64,000 nucleotides of DNA from an uncultured delta proteobacterium (GCA_963785235.1 CAWAUM010000001.1:224001-288000), one strand, 5' to 3'. Positions 50,898 through 62,655 are shown, counted from the stretch's first letter. Numbers and translations: made by a program. Notes: a model not told the origin generated them from the letters alone.

Positions 50898-53800
50898 TTA
50901 GTATGTCTTGCTGTCAATTCCTTGAAGGCATCTCTGGATAGCACACGTAATGGCGCTCCTGGTAAAGGGCTTTTCCATATATTCCTGGATCCCTTGCGCA
51001 AGGGCCTCGTCAGGGCAGATTGTTTCACTGTAACCGGTCATGAGGATAATGGGTGTGTCAGGTCGTATCGTGAGGATCTCGCTTGCGAGTTGTGAACCGG
51101 TGATGCCGGGCATGGTCTGGTCCGTGATGACGAGGTTGAATTTTTCCGGGGCCGATTGAAAGAGCGCCAGTGCCTCGGTGCCTGAAGACAGGCCGGTGAC
51201 GTTATAGCCCAACTGAACCAGCATGGTCTCTAGATAATGGAGGATAATTTCCTCATCATCTACCAGCAGGATGGTCTCGCCGTTTCCCGGTGCAGGTATT
51301 TCTTCAGATTCTTCAAGTTCCTCCGGCTCCCCGATAAAAACAGGGAGATATACATCGAACGTGCTGCCTTTTCCCATAGCCGAACTCACGAAGACCGCAC
51401 CACCAAGGCTTGTAACGATACCATGGACCGTAGACAGGCCGAGGCCGGTGCCCTTGCCCTTTTCCTTGGTAGTGAAAAAGGGGTCGAAAATACGTTTGAT
51501 CGTCTCTGAGTCCATGCCGCAGCCCGTATCGCTCACCGTGAGCCTGAGGTGTTCACCTTCACAAAGGGGCGGGTGTTGGGATGAAAAGAAGGCATCGAGG
51601 TATGTCTGCTCCAGTGATACGGTAAGGATTCCGCCATGAGAAAGCATGGCATGGTAGGCATTGGTGCACAGGTTCATGATTATCTGGTGGATCTGGGTGG
51701 AATCTGCAAGGACAAAGCCGATAGAGGGGCTTATACGATCAGTGATGGTAATGGTGCTGGGGATGGATGACCTCAGCAGTTTCAGTGACTCCTTGATGAT
51801 GTAATGGATTTTAACAGGGCTTCGCTCGGTCTCCACCTGACGGGAAAAGGTGAGGATCTGCTTGACCAGCTCCTTTGCCCTGCATCCTGCATGAAAGACC
51901 TCCATGACGCCCTCATAGGCCATGCTGTCTTTGGGAACCTCATCCAACAGCAGTTCGGAATTGCCGATGATGGCGGACAGGATATTATTAAAGTCGTGTG
52001 CTATGCCGCCTGCGAGCGTTCCGATGGCCTCGAGCTTCTGGGAGCGCATCAGCCGGGCCTCGTAGACGGTGCCGTTCCTCCTCGGCCTGCTTTTTTTCCG
52101 TGATGTCGTCGGCGATGCCGGCAAGGTAGACCACAGATCCCTGATCATTGCAGATGGCCGAACGCCTGTTTCGTATCCACCTGATGGACCCATCTTTTTT
52201 TACATAGCGGAACTCGTATTCATGTTCGATGTCCTTTGTGTTTTCGGCCATGGACAGGACTAGCCCGATATCATCGGGGTGGATGAGTTCGAGCAATAGG
52301 CGAGGGTTCTTATAGAACTCTTCGCAGGGTATGCCGGAGATCCGTTCGAAAGCCGGGCTGACATAAATAACCTTGGTCCAGTCGGGCAGCGTGATCCAGA
52401 AGACCTCAGGGCTGGACTCGGCCAGCTTCCTGAAGCGCTCTTCGCTTACCTTGAGCTTTTCCTGGGCCCGTCTGAGCTCGGTAATATCGTGTATCAGGGA
52501 GAAGATGTAGGAAGTGCCTTCCACTTCTACAAGGGTTGCCGAGAGGATGACGGACCGGATATCACCGGATCTGTTCTTGAGTTGGACCTCGGTATTCAAA
52601 ATGTTGTTTCCGGCGATCAGCTCATCCATAAACCGTAAACGGTCATCCCTGTTCACCCAGACGCTCAGCTCGGCAGTGGTGCGGCCTATGATCTCTTCCT
52701 TGGAATATCCTGACCATGCCACAAAGGAGGTATTGGCATCGATAATCCTGCGGTTTGCAGGGTTTATGATGCACATGGGGTCAGGGCTTGAATCGAAGGC
52801 AGCCTGGAATTTCTTCTCGGAAAAAGTCACGAGTTTCTCTGCACGCCTGTGCTCGGTAACATTGATACCGATGCCGAAGATGAATTCAAGTTCGCCATTA
52901 TGCTTAAAGACCGCCTTTCCCTGCCGCTGAACACTCAGGGTTCTCCCGTCTTTTGTCATGACCCTGTTCTCATGCACTATGGGGATCTTGGTGGAGATCA
53001 TCTTGTCTGTGGCTTCCTGCAACAGGGTATGGTCTTCTTCCGGGATGAATTTTTCAAAGTAGTCCGTGCCTACAATATCTGCGAGCTTATATCCCAGGGC
53101 GTTCAACATGGCTTCGTTCATGAAGATCGTCTTGCCGGCAGGATCCACGGCGTCGTAGAAGGCCGGCGATGTCTGGATGATGGAGATGATGAAATCCCGT
53201 TCTTTCTTCAGCTCCCGCTGGGTGCGGAGTCGGGCCGTGATGTCCCGGGCTGAGCCGCGTACGGCGATCGCGTTTCCCCCGGTGTTGGTAACCAGGGAAT
53301 TTCGATACTCCAGGACACGTTCAACCCCGTTCTTGGTTATGATGGTAAGGAACCCTTCGTCAAAGCCTTTGTCCATTACGTTACGAATATAATTCTCAAA
53401 GCGGTTTTTATGCCTTTGGGGCAACAGGTCTTTCACCGAAAGGCTGGTTATCTCGTGCTCTGAGTAACCGGCGTTTTTCTCGAATGCCAGGTTGGTCTCA
53501 ATGAAATAGCCATCGAGATCGTGGAGATAGAGATAGTCCGAGACGTTGAGGAAGATATCGCGAAATTTAGCTTCACTCTTTTTTAAGGCATCTTCGGTCA
53601 GCCTGCTGTCGGTTATGTCGCGCAGCGTTTCGATGGCGCCCATGATATTTCCGTCTTTATCATAGATCGGACCTGCCTTTATCCAGAGGTATCTTTTCGT
53701 GGGCAGACCTATGGATTCGGCATAGATGCTGTCTCCCTGCCATAGGATGGACGTGTAGTTCTTCTCAATTTCATGGTCACTCTTGAGCACCAGGTCAACG

Positions 53801-54060
53801 ATTACCGGCCTTCGCTCTCCATAAAGCGGCAGAGAGTGCTCATAGTTCGACTTTCCCATTATTTCCTTTGCACTGATCCGGGTGAGCTTCTCCATTGCCC
53901 GGTTCCAGATTATCACACGGCCATCCCTGTCGATTGCAAAGGTGGGGTCAGGCAGAAAATCGACCACCTGCGAGAGCAGCAATGTGGCCTCGTCAGGGCT
54001 GTCTTTGCCGGGCTTGATGGTTGTTTTTGACTTTGTCCGGGGTTTTTTTGTCGATTCCAT
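50898..54060 (-). CDS. Cytoplasmic multi-PAS hybrid histidine kinase (paralog of 43065..46229), frameshift near 52075
   Basis: ORFs 51988..54060 (PAS) and 50898..52193 (kinase plus receiver) join at EEER...YEARLMRSQKLE. Confidence 0.9.
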
Positions 54061-54212
54061 CCCTGTTGAATCTCCTTTAATATCCTTCTCATGAATGCAA
54101 ACAAAAAATCATAGAAGGCATATCATGATAAAAAATAATACATTCTCTATCTTATATAATTATTACCGGAGTGCGCAATTACAAGAGTTGATAAAATGAG
54201 AAAACATGCTCT

Positions 54213-56048
54213 TTAGAAGAGTTCCAGATTCTCCCAGTTATCGTCACCGGTGTTCGTTTTCTCAGACCCTGACCTGTCTCGAGGACCTGACTCAAGGTGC
54301 TTCACATGGATGTCACGTTCGCTCTTTGTGGTGTAGAGCCGGTCGAGGGTGGACATGAGAGATGCCGCCAATGATTCAAATCCGGATGGACACGCGAGGC
54401 GTGCGTCGCCGGCGGTAGCCTCAATGTTCTTCATTACCTTATTCAGCACGCTTTCCACCTTCTCGTGCACCGTGATCTTATCAGTTGTATCCTGGAGGTC
54501 CCTCAGGAGTGATTCACCCAGGGTCGTCATTTCCCGGAGCATTGCATGGACGGCGTCATTAATGCTGCCCAGCGACTCGATCAGTTCCCTGAGTTTGTCC
54601 ACCATTAACCCTATGGTCTTTGACTGCTTGTCCTGCATGAGGAGCATGTCTTCCTTGAAGTGCAGCGATATGTCTACCAGGGTTGCCAGGATCTTGCTTA
54701 AATCTCTTGTGTCTTCACGGGCATTCTTTGAAAGCTCGTATATGCTGCCCGAGATCGTATCAAGCATGGCCCCTTCATTCCCCAAGTGTGCAGCCTTGAT
54801 CCGTGCGTTCAGAGCAATGATCTGGAGATTCAATCCCAGCGATTCAATATCTTTGACGAACACGGACATCTCGGACACCATTTCGCTTGCAGAGTTAACC
54901 GTTCCACTTAAGGTTGCATGCTCTTCGGCAATGGCCTTTATGCACTCTATGACCGAGTTTATCCCGCTGTCCAGGCCCTCCATGAAAGACTGCCCCTTTG
55001 TATCAGAGCCCCATGCAACGTCCTGGGTCTCCAGGAGGACATCACCAACATTTTTCGTAATATTCTGGAGGCTCGCGATAACCTTGAACACGGCATTGGC
55101 CAACTCCTCATAGGACTGTTTGAGCTGTGCATGCTGCAGGGTCAGAACATCCCTCACCATGGCGGCCTTTTCGAGCTGGGTGTAATCATCCTTATCAATC
55201 TCTGCACCGAGGTTGTCCAGCACCTCCTTCACATGTTCAAGCTGCTGACGGGTGATGTCATGGAACTGCATGGAGATGACGATGTCGCCGATGTTTGAAG
55301 CTATGTCCCTGCTTACCTGTTCCACGAGCCTTGCAGACTCTGATGCGCTTTTGAATTTTTGGGAAAGGGCCTGGTGATTTGTTACTGCCTTTTCCAGGGT
55401 TATGCGTGCGCTTTCGCTCTGGGTTCTCTCAAAACTAATAATCTTGGTAAGCGCCAGCGTAACGAAGGACTGCACATTTACTGATACCTCGTTGATATGC
55501 AATGATTTCTGTTTGATGATCTCGGAGAGATTCCTCACATCATCGGTCAGTGTTGAAAACCCTGTGTTCTCAGTGAAGATGTGTGCATTTTCCACCCGTG
55601 TAAGAAAGCCCAGCATGGAAAGGTTGAGTACATGCAGTTTGAAGGATTCAATGCTCGATGACAGCTTTGAGAGTTCCAGACGATGCTGCTGGAATACCCT
55701 GCTAATCTGTGAGAAGTGACCTTGAGACTCGTTGATATGATCCTTGAGCTCTTCAAGGATTTCCTGGAGCCCATTCGTGGCGGTTCCCAGTGCCTCGCCG
55801 GTCATGATTTCCACAACCCCGGTCGACTTATCGCACATCTTCTGGGCGCGAGCGTAGTATTCCTGGAGGTTTTCAGCAATTCTGAGGAAATCTTTTTCAG
55901 ACGCCTCGATGAGCCTGTCGAGCAGACTATCCACCTGGTCAATGGAGTTTGTCCAGCCGAACTGAGTTTCCGAGGATATGGCAGTAGTGCTCCCTTTCTT
56001 CTTAATAATGTGCGCGGAAAGGTTTTTCACTGTCCCAAGCAGACTCAT
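54213..56048 (-). CDS. Soluble MCP-like chemotaxis protein, paralog of 33430..35265
   Basis: MQFHDITRQQLEHV, IIALNARIKAAHLGNEG, C-terminal NLELF; same 611-aa length. Confidence 0.75.
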   Translation of the reverse strand: MSLLGTVKNLSAHIIKKKGSTTAISSETQFGWTNSIDQVDSLLDRLIEASEKDFLRIAENLQEYYARAQKMCDKSTGVVEIMTGEALGTATNGLQEILEELKDHINESQGHFSQISRVFQQHRLELSKLSSSIESFKLHVLNLSMLGFLTRVENAHIFTENTGFSTLTDDVRNLSEIIKQKSLHINEVSVNVQSFVTLALTKIISFERTQSESARITLEKAVTNHQALSQKFKSASESARLVEQVSRDIASNIGDIVISMQFHDITRQQLEHVKEVLDNLGAEIDKDDYTQLEKAAMVRDVLTLQHAQLKQSYEELANAVFKVIASLQNITKNVGDVLLETQDVAWGSDTKGQSFMEGLDSGINSVIECIKAIAEEHATLSGTVNSASEMVSEMSVFVKDIESLGLNLQIIALNARIKAAHLGNEGAMLDTISGSIYELSKNAREDTRDLSKILATLVDISLHFKEDMLLMQDKQSKTIGLMVDKLRELIESLGSINDAVHAMLREMTTLGESLLRDLQDTTDKITVHEKVESVLNKVMKNIEATAGDARLACPSGFESLAASLMSTLDRLYTTKSERDIHVKHLESGPRDRSGSEKTNTGDDNWENLELF

Positions 56049-56405
56049 ACTATCGGTCCTATCTGAGATGAATGCTCATCTGAGCCGTCTGTCCCTGCTT
56101 TTTCCAAATGACTCTTCCCCTCAATGTCTTAGGATGTCCCTGACCTGTCCATACGGAGGGCCTTTTTTTTGCAAGGACAGATATATTGATCGGTTTGATG
56201 CATGCCTGTACTTTACAGCATCTTTATCCATCTCAGCTGTCATGGGTTTCTCGGAGTCGGTGCTTGGTGATGCCTTTTGAACTTGAGAAGAAGAGACAAC
56301 GGTTTTCAGAGGTGATGGATGAGAAATGGCATGCAGCGCTTCACATGGAATGACAAGTGGGCTATACTCTTGTTTCTTGGACGTTAATAACCTGCAGGAG
56401 ATGCC

Positions 56406-57101
56406 ATGAGCACAACGAAGAAAAAAAGGATCATTATAGCGGAAGATCACACCATCCTTCGGGAAGGGCTGAAGGCGCTTCTTTCCCAGGACCCGGATCT
56501 GGAGATCGTGGGTGAGGCGAGAGACGGGCTGGAGGCCATCAGGGTGATATCCGAGCTCAAGCCGGACCTTGCCCTCATGGACCTCTCCATGCCCAAGATG
56601 AGCGGGATCGATGCCATCAGGGAGGCCAAGCGGTGCTGCCCCGATACCAAGATCCTCGTGCTCACGGTGCACAAGAACGAAGAATATGTCATCGCAAGCC
56701 TCAAGGCCGGGGCCAACGGGTATCTCCTCAAGGAATCCACTCACCAGGAGCTTCTGCAGGCCGTCTCTCACGTGCTGGACGGGAAACCGTATCTGTCGCC
56801 CGGGATATCAGATACCATCATCTCGGGTTATCTTGCAGGCAGGAAAAATGAGGTGAATTCCCCTGTGGACATGCTCAGCCAGAGGGAGAAAGAGGTCTTG
56901 AAGCTCGTTGCGGAAGGGCATAAGAACAAGGAGATTGCCGAATTCCTGTTCATCAGCATCAAGACGGTGGAAAAGCACCGTGACAATATCATGAAAAAGC
57001 TCGATCTCCACAGCACCTGGGCACTGACGACCTTTGCCATAGAGCACGGTCTCGTGGAGTCTGACAGGGGACCTACGAACCAGGATCCCTCATCATCATG
57101 A
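56406..57101 (+). CDS. NarL/LuxR-family response regulator
   Basis: AEDH.ILREG, MDLSMP, LSQREKEVL, KTVEKHR. Confidence 0.95.
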   Translation: MSTTKKKRIIIAEDHTILREGLKALLSQDPDLEIVGEARDGLEAIRVISELKPDLALMDLSMPKMSGIDAIREAKRCCPDTKILVLTVHKNEEYVIASLKAGANGYLLKESTHQELLQAVSHVLDGKPYLSPGISDTIISGYLAGRKNEVNSPVDMLSQREKEVLKLVAEGHKNKEIAEFLFISIKTVEKHRDNIMKKLDLHSTWALTTFAIEHGLVESDRGPTNQDPSSS

Positions 57102-58716
57102 TCGCCAGGTGGACATGATGAGGGTGCCGAGCCCCTTGACCGAGTCGATGGAGAAGCAGCCCCCCGAGAGGTCCGTGCGTTCCTCCATGCTGGCAAGGCC
57201 CATGCCCTTGCCGCTGTCTTCACGCAGGATATTTTCCTGAACGTCAAACCCTTGCCCGTTATCCGAGATGGAGAGCTCGATGCTGCCGGCTTCCTTGGCG
57301 AGAGAGATATCCACGGTATCTGCCCGGCTGTGTTTGGCCGCATTGTTCAGCGCCTCCTGGATGATCCTGAATATGATGATCTTCAGGTGTTCAGGCACGT
57401 CGGCCTCTTCCAGGGTGATGCTCGCATTGACCTTGATGGAGGTGTATACGGCCTGGAATTCCCGGCAGAACCAGGATATGGTGGCGAGGATGCCCAGGTC
57501 GTCAAGGATGGACGGCCTGAGGTCCATGGAGATCCTTCTCACCTCCTCGATGGTTGCCTGGATGACAGGGATGCTCTCCTTGAGGGATGCCAGCCCCGAT
57601 TCGGATGAACCCTTTTCCATGCGGCTGATGATGTTCTCCAGGTTGAACTTGATGGAGCTCAGGTACTGCCCTACACTGTCGTGGAGCTCGTGTGCAATGC
57701 GCTTGCGCTCCTCCTCCTTGGCCGTTATGAGCTGGGAGGAGAGGATCTTCAGGTTCTTCTCGGAGCGCATGAGGTTTTCCCGGCTGAGTTTGCTCTCCGT
57801 GATATCCTCCATGTGGACCAGGACCATGTCGGGCGGGACATAAGACGAGGTGAAGGCGATGAATTTCTCTTCTTCCGTGGTGAACATACGGTAGGGCGAT
57901 TCCCTCCTGATGGTGCTTGTCTGTGCAAAGGAGACGGTGATGTCCTGAATGATATCGGGCCGGTCATGGTAGAGGTCGCTGATGGTCCTCCCGATGAAGT
58001 TGGAAATAAGCCCCTGGGTGAAGTCTTCCGTGGCCTTGTTGTAATCAACCAGCACGAAATCGTCTCCCGATTTTTTCCAGGTGAAGGTGGGGACCGGGAT
58101 ACCCCGGTACTGTGCCCTCAACATCTCCTCGCTCTGCCGGAGCGCCTCTTCCATGCGGGCGCGTTCCACGATCTCCTTTTTCAGCTGTTCGTTGGTCGCC
58201 ATCAGCTCTGCGGTCCGCTGCCTAACCTGTCTTTCCAGATCATCCCGGGCCTTTTGCAGCGCCAGCTGGTCCTGTTTGTGCGTGGTGATGTCCTTGGCCA
58301 CGACTGCAATGCCCGATACGGATCTGTCGTCCTCGAAGAAACGGGTAGAAGTTCATGACCAGGTAATGCCTCCCCCATAAAGGATATTCGAACCAGTCTT
58401 CAAGGGAGGTCTCCTGTCCGGCCAGGCACCTGTCCAGTTGTATCTTGATCCTTTTCTCGAATGTCTTTCTGCCCAGGAGTTCTTCAAGGGTATGTCCCAC
58501 GATCTCCTGACGTGACCTGTTGAACATGTTGAGGAAGACATCGTTAACGGCCAGGCAGGTATAGTTTCTGTCGATATACCCCATGGGGTCCTGAATGGCA
58601 GAGAAGATCAGTTCGTATTTGCGAAGCGTACCCTTGGTCTTTTTGCGGCTCTGGAATTCCTGTTCAAGCTCCATGAGCCTTTTTTCCAGCTCTTCATAAG
58701 TCGGTTTCCTGACCAT
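57096..58716 (-). CDS. PAS sensor histidine kinase (HisKA_3/NarX type), frameshift near 58320
   Basis: ERKRIAHELHDSVGQ, QEALNNAAKHS, DNGQGF; N-terminal PAS in ORF 58240..58716. Confidence 0.88.
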
Positions 58717-58949
58717 CGGTATCCTCCCCGGCCCGGTTTCATGGTGTGTTGGCCATTATCCCACAACTTTTCACCATGGTATAGGGACCGTGTTATCACT
58801 CCTGTAGGTAGAAAGTGATCCGGCGTACGGATGAAATACCCGATTCTCAGGTAATGGAAAAGGTGAAAGTTCCATGCGGGACACATCGACATAGGGCTCA
58901 AGAGTGGTATCCTCATGTGGTATCCGGAATACATGAGTCCTGGGTGGCC

Positions 58950-60830
58950 TTACTCTTCTTCCTTCTTTTCTTCACCGCTGAAGGAGATCTTGACTTCATA
59001 TACACCGTACTCCAGCGTTGACTTCACGGGATATCCGGATCTGGCGAATACCTTCATCATGGGGGTGTTCTGCGACAGGACATCTGCCGTGAACCCCTTT
59101 ATCTTCTTTTCCTTTGCAATGCGGATCAGATACTGGAGCAGGAATAAGCCGATGCCCCTCTTCTGCCAGTCCTTGTTGGTGGTAAAGGCAACCTCTGCGA
59201 AGTTGGTCTGGGGGTCGCGGATATAACGTCCTACAGCCACTATCTTTTCTTTGCTCTCGGGTTCTTCCTTGCCGGTTACTGCGGCGATGGCCATTTTGTC
59301 GTTGTAGTCGATGGCGGAAAGAGGCATGGCAACCTTGTGGGGGAAGGCCTTCAGGTTATGGAAGAACCTGGTGATGATATCGTGTTCCGGCAGGGCATAG
59401 ATCATTTCCTGGATCGAGCGTTCATCCGTGGCCTTCACCGGGCGGAAAAAGATCTCGGTCCCTCCATTGTCGGTGTAGTATGTCTCGTACTCCTTCGGGT
59501 AGAGAACCACCGGCAGGATCTGGTCCCTATACACGTAACCCTGTTCCTTGGCCTTTTCCAGAAGCTCATCACGGAAGTCCGGATGTGCAATATTGATCAG
59601 GGCCATGGCCCTGTCCCGTATGGATTTTCCATGCACATATGCGACACCATATTCCGTGACCACATAGTGGATGTCGCCCCTGGTTACGACGATCCCGCTG
59701 CCCGGATAATGATACGGGACGATCCTTGACTTCTTGCCGTCATCCGTAGTGGAGGGCAGCACCATAATGGATTTCCCCCTCCTGGACATGGCCGAGCCGC
59801 GCACAAAGTCCACCTGCCCCCCGATGCCGCTGTAAAACTCGAAGCCCAGAGAATCGGAGCACACCTGGCCGGTAATGTCCACGGTTAGGGCCGAGTTGAT
59901 GGAGACCATCTTGTCATTTTGGGCAATGACATAGGGATCGTTCACATACCGGCAGGGCCTGAACTCGAAGAGCGGGTTGTTGTGCACATAGTCGTACAGG
60001 CGTTTGGTGCCCATGCAGAAGGCGGCCACGACCTTGCCGGGGTTTAACGATTTCTTCTTGCAGGTGATGACCCCGGCCTCGATAAGATCGATGAGCCCTT
60101 CCGTGAACGTCTCTGTATGGACACCCAGGTCCCTCTTGTTCATAAGGTAAGGGAATACGGAGTTCGGGATCCTGCCCACACCGGTCTGTATGGTGGATTC
60201 GTTCTCGATGAGTTCGGCAATATGCTCGCCGATGTTCTTGGCGATGCAATCGGGCGCCTTCTGTATGAAATCAAGGAGTGGAACATCGTTTTCGACAAAG
60301 GCATTTATCTCGCTTACATGAAGGAAGCTGTCACCGAGCGTGCGGGGCATATTCGGATTGACCTCCGCAACGACATAGCCGGCGGTTTCTGCCGCTGTTT
60401 TCGTGATATCCACAGACACGCCCAGGCTTACATAACCGTTGTTATCCGGAGGAGAGACCGTTATGAGTGCGACATCAATCGGCATGCTGCCGCGTTGCAT
60501 GAGCAGCGGTACCTCTGAGAGGAAGACAGGGGTATAATCCGCCCTGCCTTCCTTGATGGCAGCGCGTGTGCTGGACCCGATGAACAACGCGTTGTGGCGG
60601 AAGTTTTCATTGAACTTCTCATCGGTATAAGGGGCTATCCCCAGGTCAAGGAAGTGGATGATCTCGGTGTCCACAAGGTTCGGCGCCACATCGATGAGGG
60701 TCTTTACCAGGAGCTGTGGCTCTCCGCAGGCAGAGCCTATAAATACCCTGGCGCCCCTGTGGATGCCGGAAAGGGCTGTCCTCGCATCAGTGAGCCTTTG
60801 TAAATAGGTTTCCCGCCAATCGAGTATCAT
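58950..60830 (-). CDS. Acetyl-CoA hydrolase/4-hydroxybutyrate CoA-transferase family protein fused to a GNAT domain
   Basis: GRADYTP, QTGVGRIP, HTE, SGIGGQVDF, VVTEYG; C-terminal AEVAF...WQKRGIG. Confidence 0.92.
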   Translation of the reverse strand: MILDWRETYLQRLTDARTALSGIHRGARVFIGSACGEPQLLVKTLIDVAPNLVDTEIIHFLDLGIAPYTDEKFNENFRHNALFIGSSTRAAIKEGRADYTPVFLSEVPLLMQRGSMPIDVALITVSPPDNNGYVSLGVSVDITKTAAETAGYVVAEVNPNMPRTLGDSFLHVSEINAFVENDVPLLDFIQKAPDCIAKNIGEHIAELIENESTIQTGVGRIPNSVFPYLMNKRDLGVHTETFTEGLIDLIEAGVITCKKKSLNPGKVVAAFCMGTKRLYDYVHNNPLFEFRPCRYVNDPYVIAQNDKMVSINSALTVDITGQVCSDSLGFEFYSGIGGQVDFVRGSAMSRRGKSIMVLPSTTDDGKKSRIVPYHYPGSGIVVTRGDIHYVVTEYGVAYVHGKSIRDRAMALINIAHPDFRDELLEKAKEQGYVYRDQILPVVLYPKEYETYYTDNGGTEIFFRPVKATDERSIQEMIYALPEHDIITRFFHNLKAFPHKVAMPLSAIDYNDKMAIAAVTGKEEPESKEKIVAVGRYIRDPQTNFAEVAFTTNKDWQKRGIGLFLLQYLIRIAKEKKIKGFTADVLSQNTPMMKVFARSGYPVKSTLEYGVYEVKISFSGEEKKEEE

Positions 60831-61102
60831 GCAATTTTCCCTCGCCCGGCAACGGGTGCAATCAAGACACGCGCTTATGCCGAAAAAGCCTTGAACCTTG
60901 TCTTGATGGAATCAAGTTCAACCTTTAAAGGATTATACGGATGAACCGGAAATTAATATATCAGGTGAACAGCGCATTGTTCGCTACGGGATCATGTATT
61001 TTCAATATCGATCATTTCTTCCACGTTAATTCTTTTCGCTCTTCCCGTTCGCGTCACCCGACGCTTCATCCCCCCCTGCACCGGAAAAAAATCGAAACTC
61101 TG

Positions 61103-61130
61103 TGTCACACACGGGGCAAGAAGTTGTATA
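61103..61130 (+). promoter_or_regulatory. Candidate ECF-type autoregulatory promoter
   Basis: TGTCAC-16 nt-TGTATA directly upstream of the ECF sigma gene. Confidence 0.4.
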
Positions 61131-61180
61131 AGAGGCAGGAGGGGAAAGAATATGAACATGATCCACCCCCGGGTGAGAAG

Positions 61181-62059
61181 ATGAACAATCCGTTCCAAGA
61201 AGTACCGGCAGACGGGCACGAAGAGACAGCGCTGATCAGGAGGTGCCTCTCGGGCGACCCGACAGCCCTGGAGGCCCTGGTCCTGGATCACCAGGCCTGG
61301 ATCTACAACATTGCCATGCGCATGGTCATGGACCCGTTCATGGCCGAGGACATCACCCAGGAGGTCCTCATCAGGATTATAACCCGGCTGTCGACCTTTG
61401 ACCCTGGCAAGGCCGCCTTCAGGACCTGGGCATACCGCATCGTTGTCAACCACATCATCAATGCCGGAAAGAGCAGGAAGGAGGTCCTGGTCTCGGACCT
61501 CGCAAAAGACAAGGGCTTCGAGGAATACGCGGCGCACATCCCGGACCGGAGGCAGCCCCATGCCTGCCCTGCCCCGATCGCCGAGGAGGCCAAGGTCACC
61601 TGTGTGAACTGCATCCTGCTCTCCCTGAACCGGAGGGAACGGATGGTGTTCATCCTAGGTGTGATCTTCGGTGTGGGGCACGCCGTGGGCGGCGAGATCT
61701 GCGGGGTAACCCGGGACAATTATCGCAAGATCCTCTCCCGGGGCCGGAGCAAGGTGTTCACCTTTTTCCGGGAGAACTGCGGGCTCATCAGCGAGGACAA
61801 TCCCTGCCGCTGCGAATACCATGTGAAGCCCATGCTCGCGATGAAGCTCATGGACCCGGCAGACCTCCTGGCGGACAAGGAGAGCCTGGGCACGGTCAAG
61901 GAGGTCATTTCCGGCGCCGTCCGGGGCATCGAGGAATCGTACGAGGAATTCGTCGCGCTCTTCCGTGACCAGCCTTTCCTGAAGTCGCCGGACATGGTGA
62001 GCTGGCTCAAAGATCTCGTGGAACGCAAGGAAATCAAGGCGATTATGCACATGTACTAG
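61181..62059 (+). CDS. ECF sigma factor with Cys-rich C-terminal extension
   Basis: AEDITQEVLI, FRTWAYRIVVNH, region 4 LSRGR, then CGLISEDNPCRC. Confidence 0.9.
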   Translation: MNNPFQEVPADGHEETALIRRCLSGDPTALEALVLDHQAWIYNIAMRMVMDPFMAEDITQEVLIRIITRLSTFDPGKAAFRTWAYRIVVNHIINAGKSRKEVLVSDLAKDKGFEEYAAHIPDRRQPHACPAPIAEEAKVTCVNCILLSLNRRERMVFILGVIFGVGHAVGGEICGVTRDNYRKILSRGRSKVFTFFRENCGLISEDNPCRCEYHVKPMLAMKLMDPADLLADKESLGTVKEVISGAVRGIEESYEEFVALFRDQPFLKSPDMVSWLKDLVERKEIKAIMHMY

Positions 62060-62077
62060 CATGAAAGGAGCAATCTC

Positions 62078-62518
62078 ATGGTCAATAGGGAAACAGTCGC
62101 CCCCTGCGGGCTTTATTGCGGAGTATGTGGTATCTACCAGGCAACAGTCACCAACGATTCGGATCTGAAGGCGAAATTCGCCCGGGCCTACGGCGTCCCG
62201 GCAGAAAACCTTGCCTGCCTCGGCTGCCGCTCAAACCAGATTTTTGAATACTGTAGGGTCTGCGGCATTAAGTCCTGCGCAGCAGAGAAGGACCTCGAGG
62301 GTTGCCACCTGTGCGCCGACTTCCCCTGCGACAAGGTGGAGGCCTTCCCGGTGCCCGAGGGAAAGCTGAACATCCTCCGTGCCGTACCCCGGTGGCGGGA
62401 GCTGGGTACCGAGCAGTGGGTCGCCGAGGAGGTGAAGCTCTTCAGCTGCAAATCCTGCGGAAACCAGATGTTCCGCGGTGCAAAGAAATGCCGGAAGTGC
62501 AGCACCCTGGTGGGCTGA
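62078..62518 (+). CDS. DUF3795-family Cys-rich protein
   Basis: APCGLYCGVC, CLGC, C.VC.IKSC, CHLCADFPC, C-terminal zinc ribbon. Confidence 0.85.
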   Translation: MVNRETVAPCGLYCGVCGIYQATVTNDSDLKAKFARAYGVPAENLACLGCRSNQIFEYCRVCGIKSCAAEKDLEGCHLCADFPCDKVEAFPVPEGKLNILRAVPRWRELGTEQWVAEEVKLFSCKSCGNQMFRGAKKCRKCSTLVG

Positions 62519-62619
62519 GGTTTTTTAAGGAAGCATCGGTCTTGTGGGGCCACCCAGTATCATAGGCCAGAGAGCCAAGAGCGCTTTGTAGGATCTGATT
62601 TTATACAGAGGATACAACC

Positions 62620-62655
62620 ATGAGGAGGCCTCATGAAGGGCCTCCTCATTTTTTA
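62620..62655. terminator. Intrinsic terminator between convergent genes
   Basis: ATGAGGAGGCC-loop-GGCCTCCTCAT followed by a T run. Confidence 0.75.

Noticed and set aside
50560-56400. c-di-GMP or other riboswitch in the intergenic gaps before the kinases and MCP-like gene
   Set aside because: No recognisable aptamer consensus found by eye
319-58716. Programmed frameshifting or recoding as the cause of the split genes
   Set aside because: Breaks fall in unrelated genes (birA, cheA, kinases, hydrolases) with no shared slippery motif seen; sequencing indels are more likely
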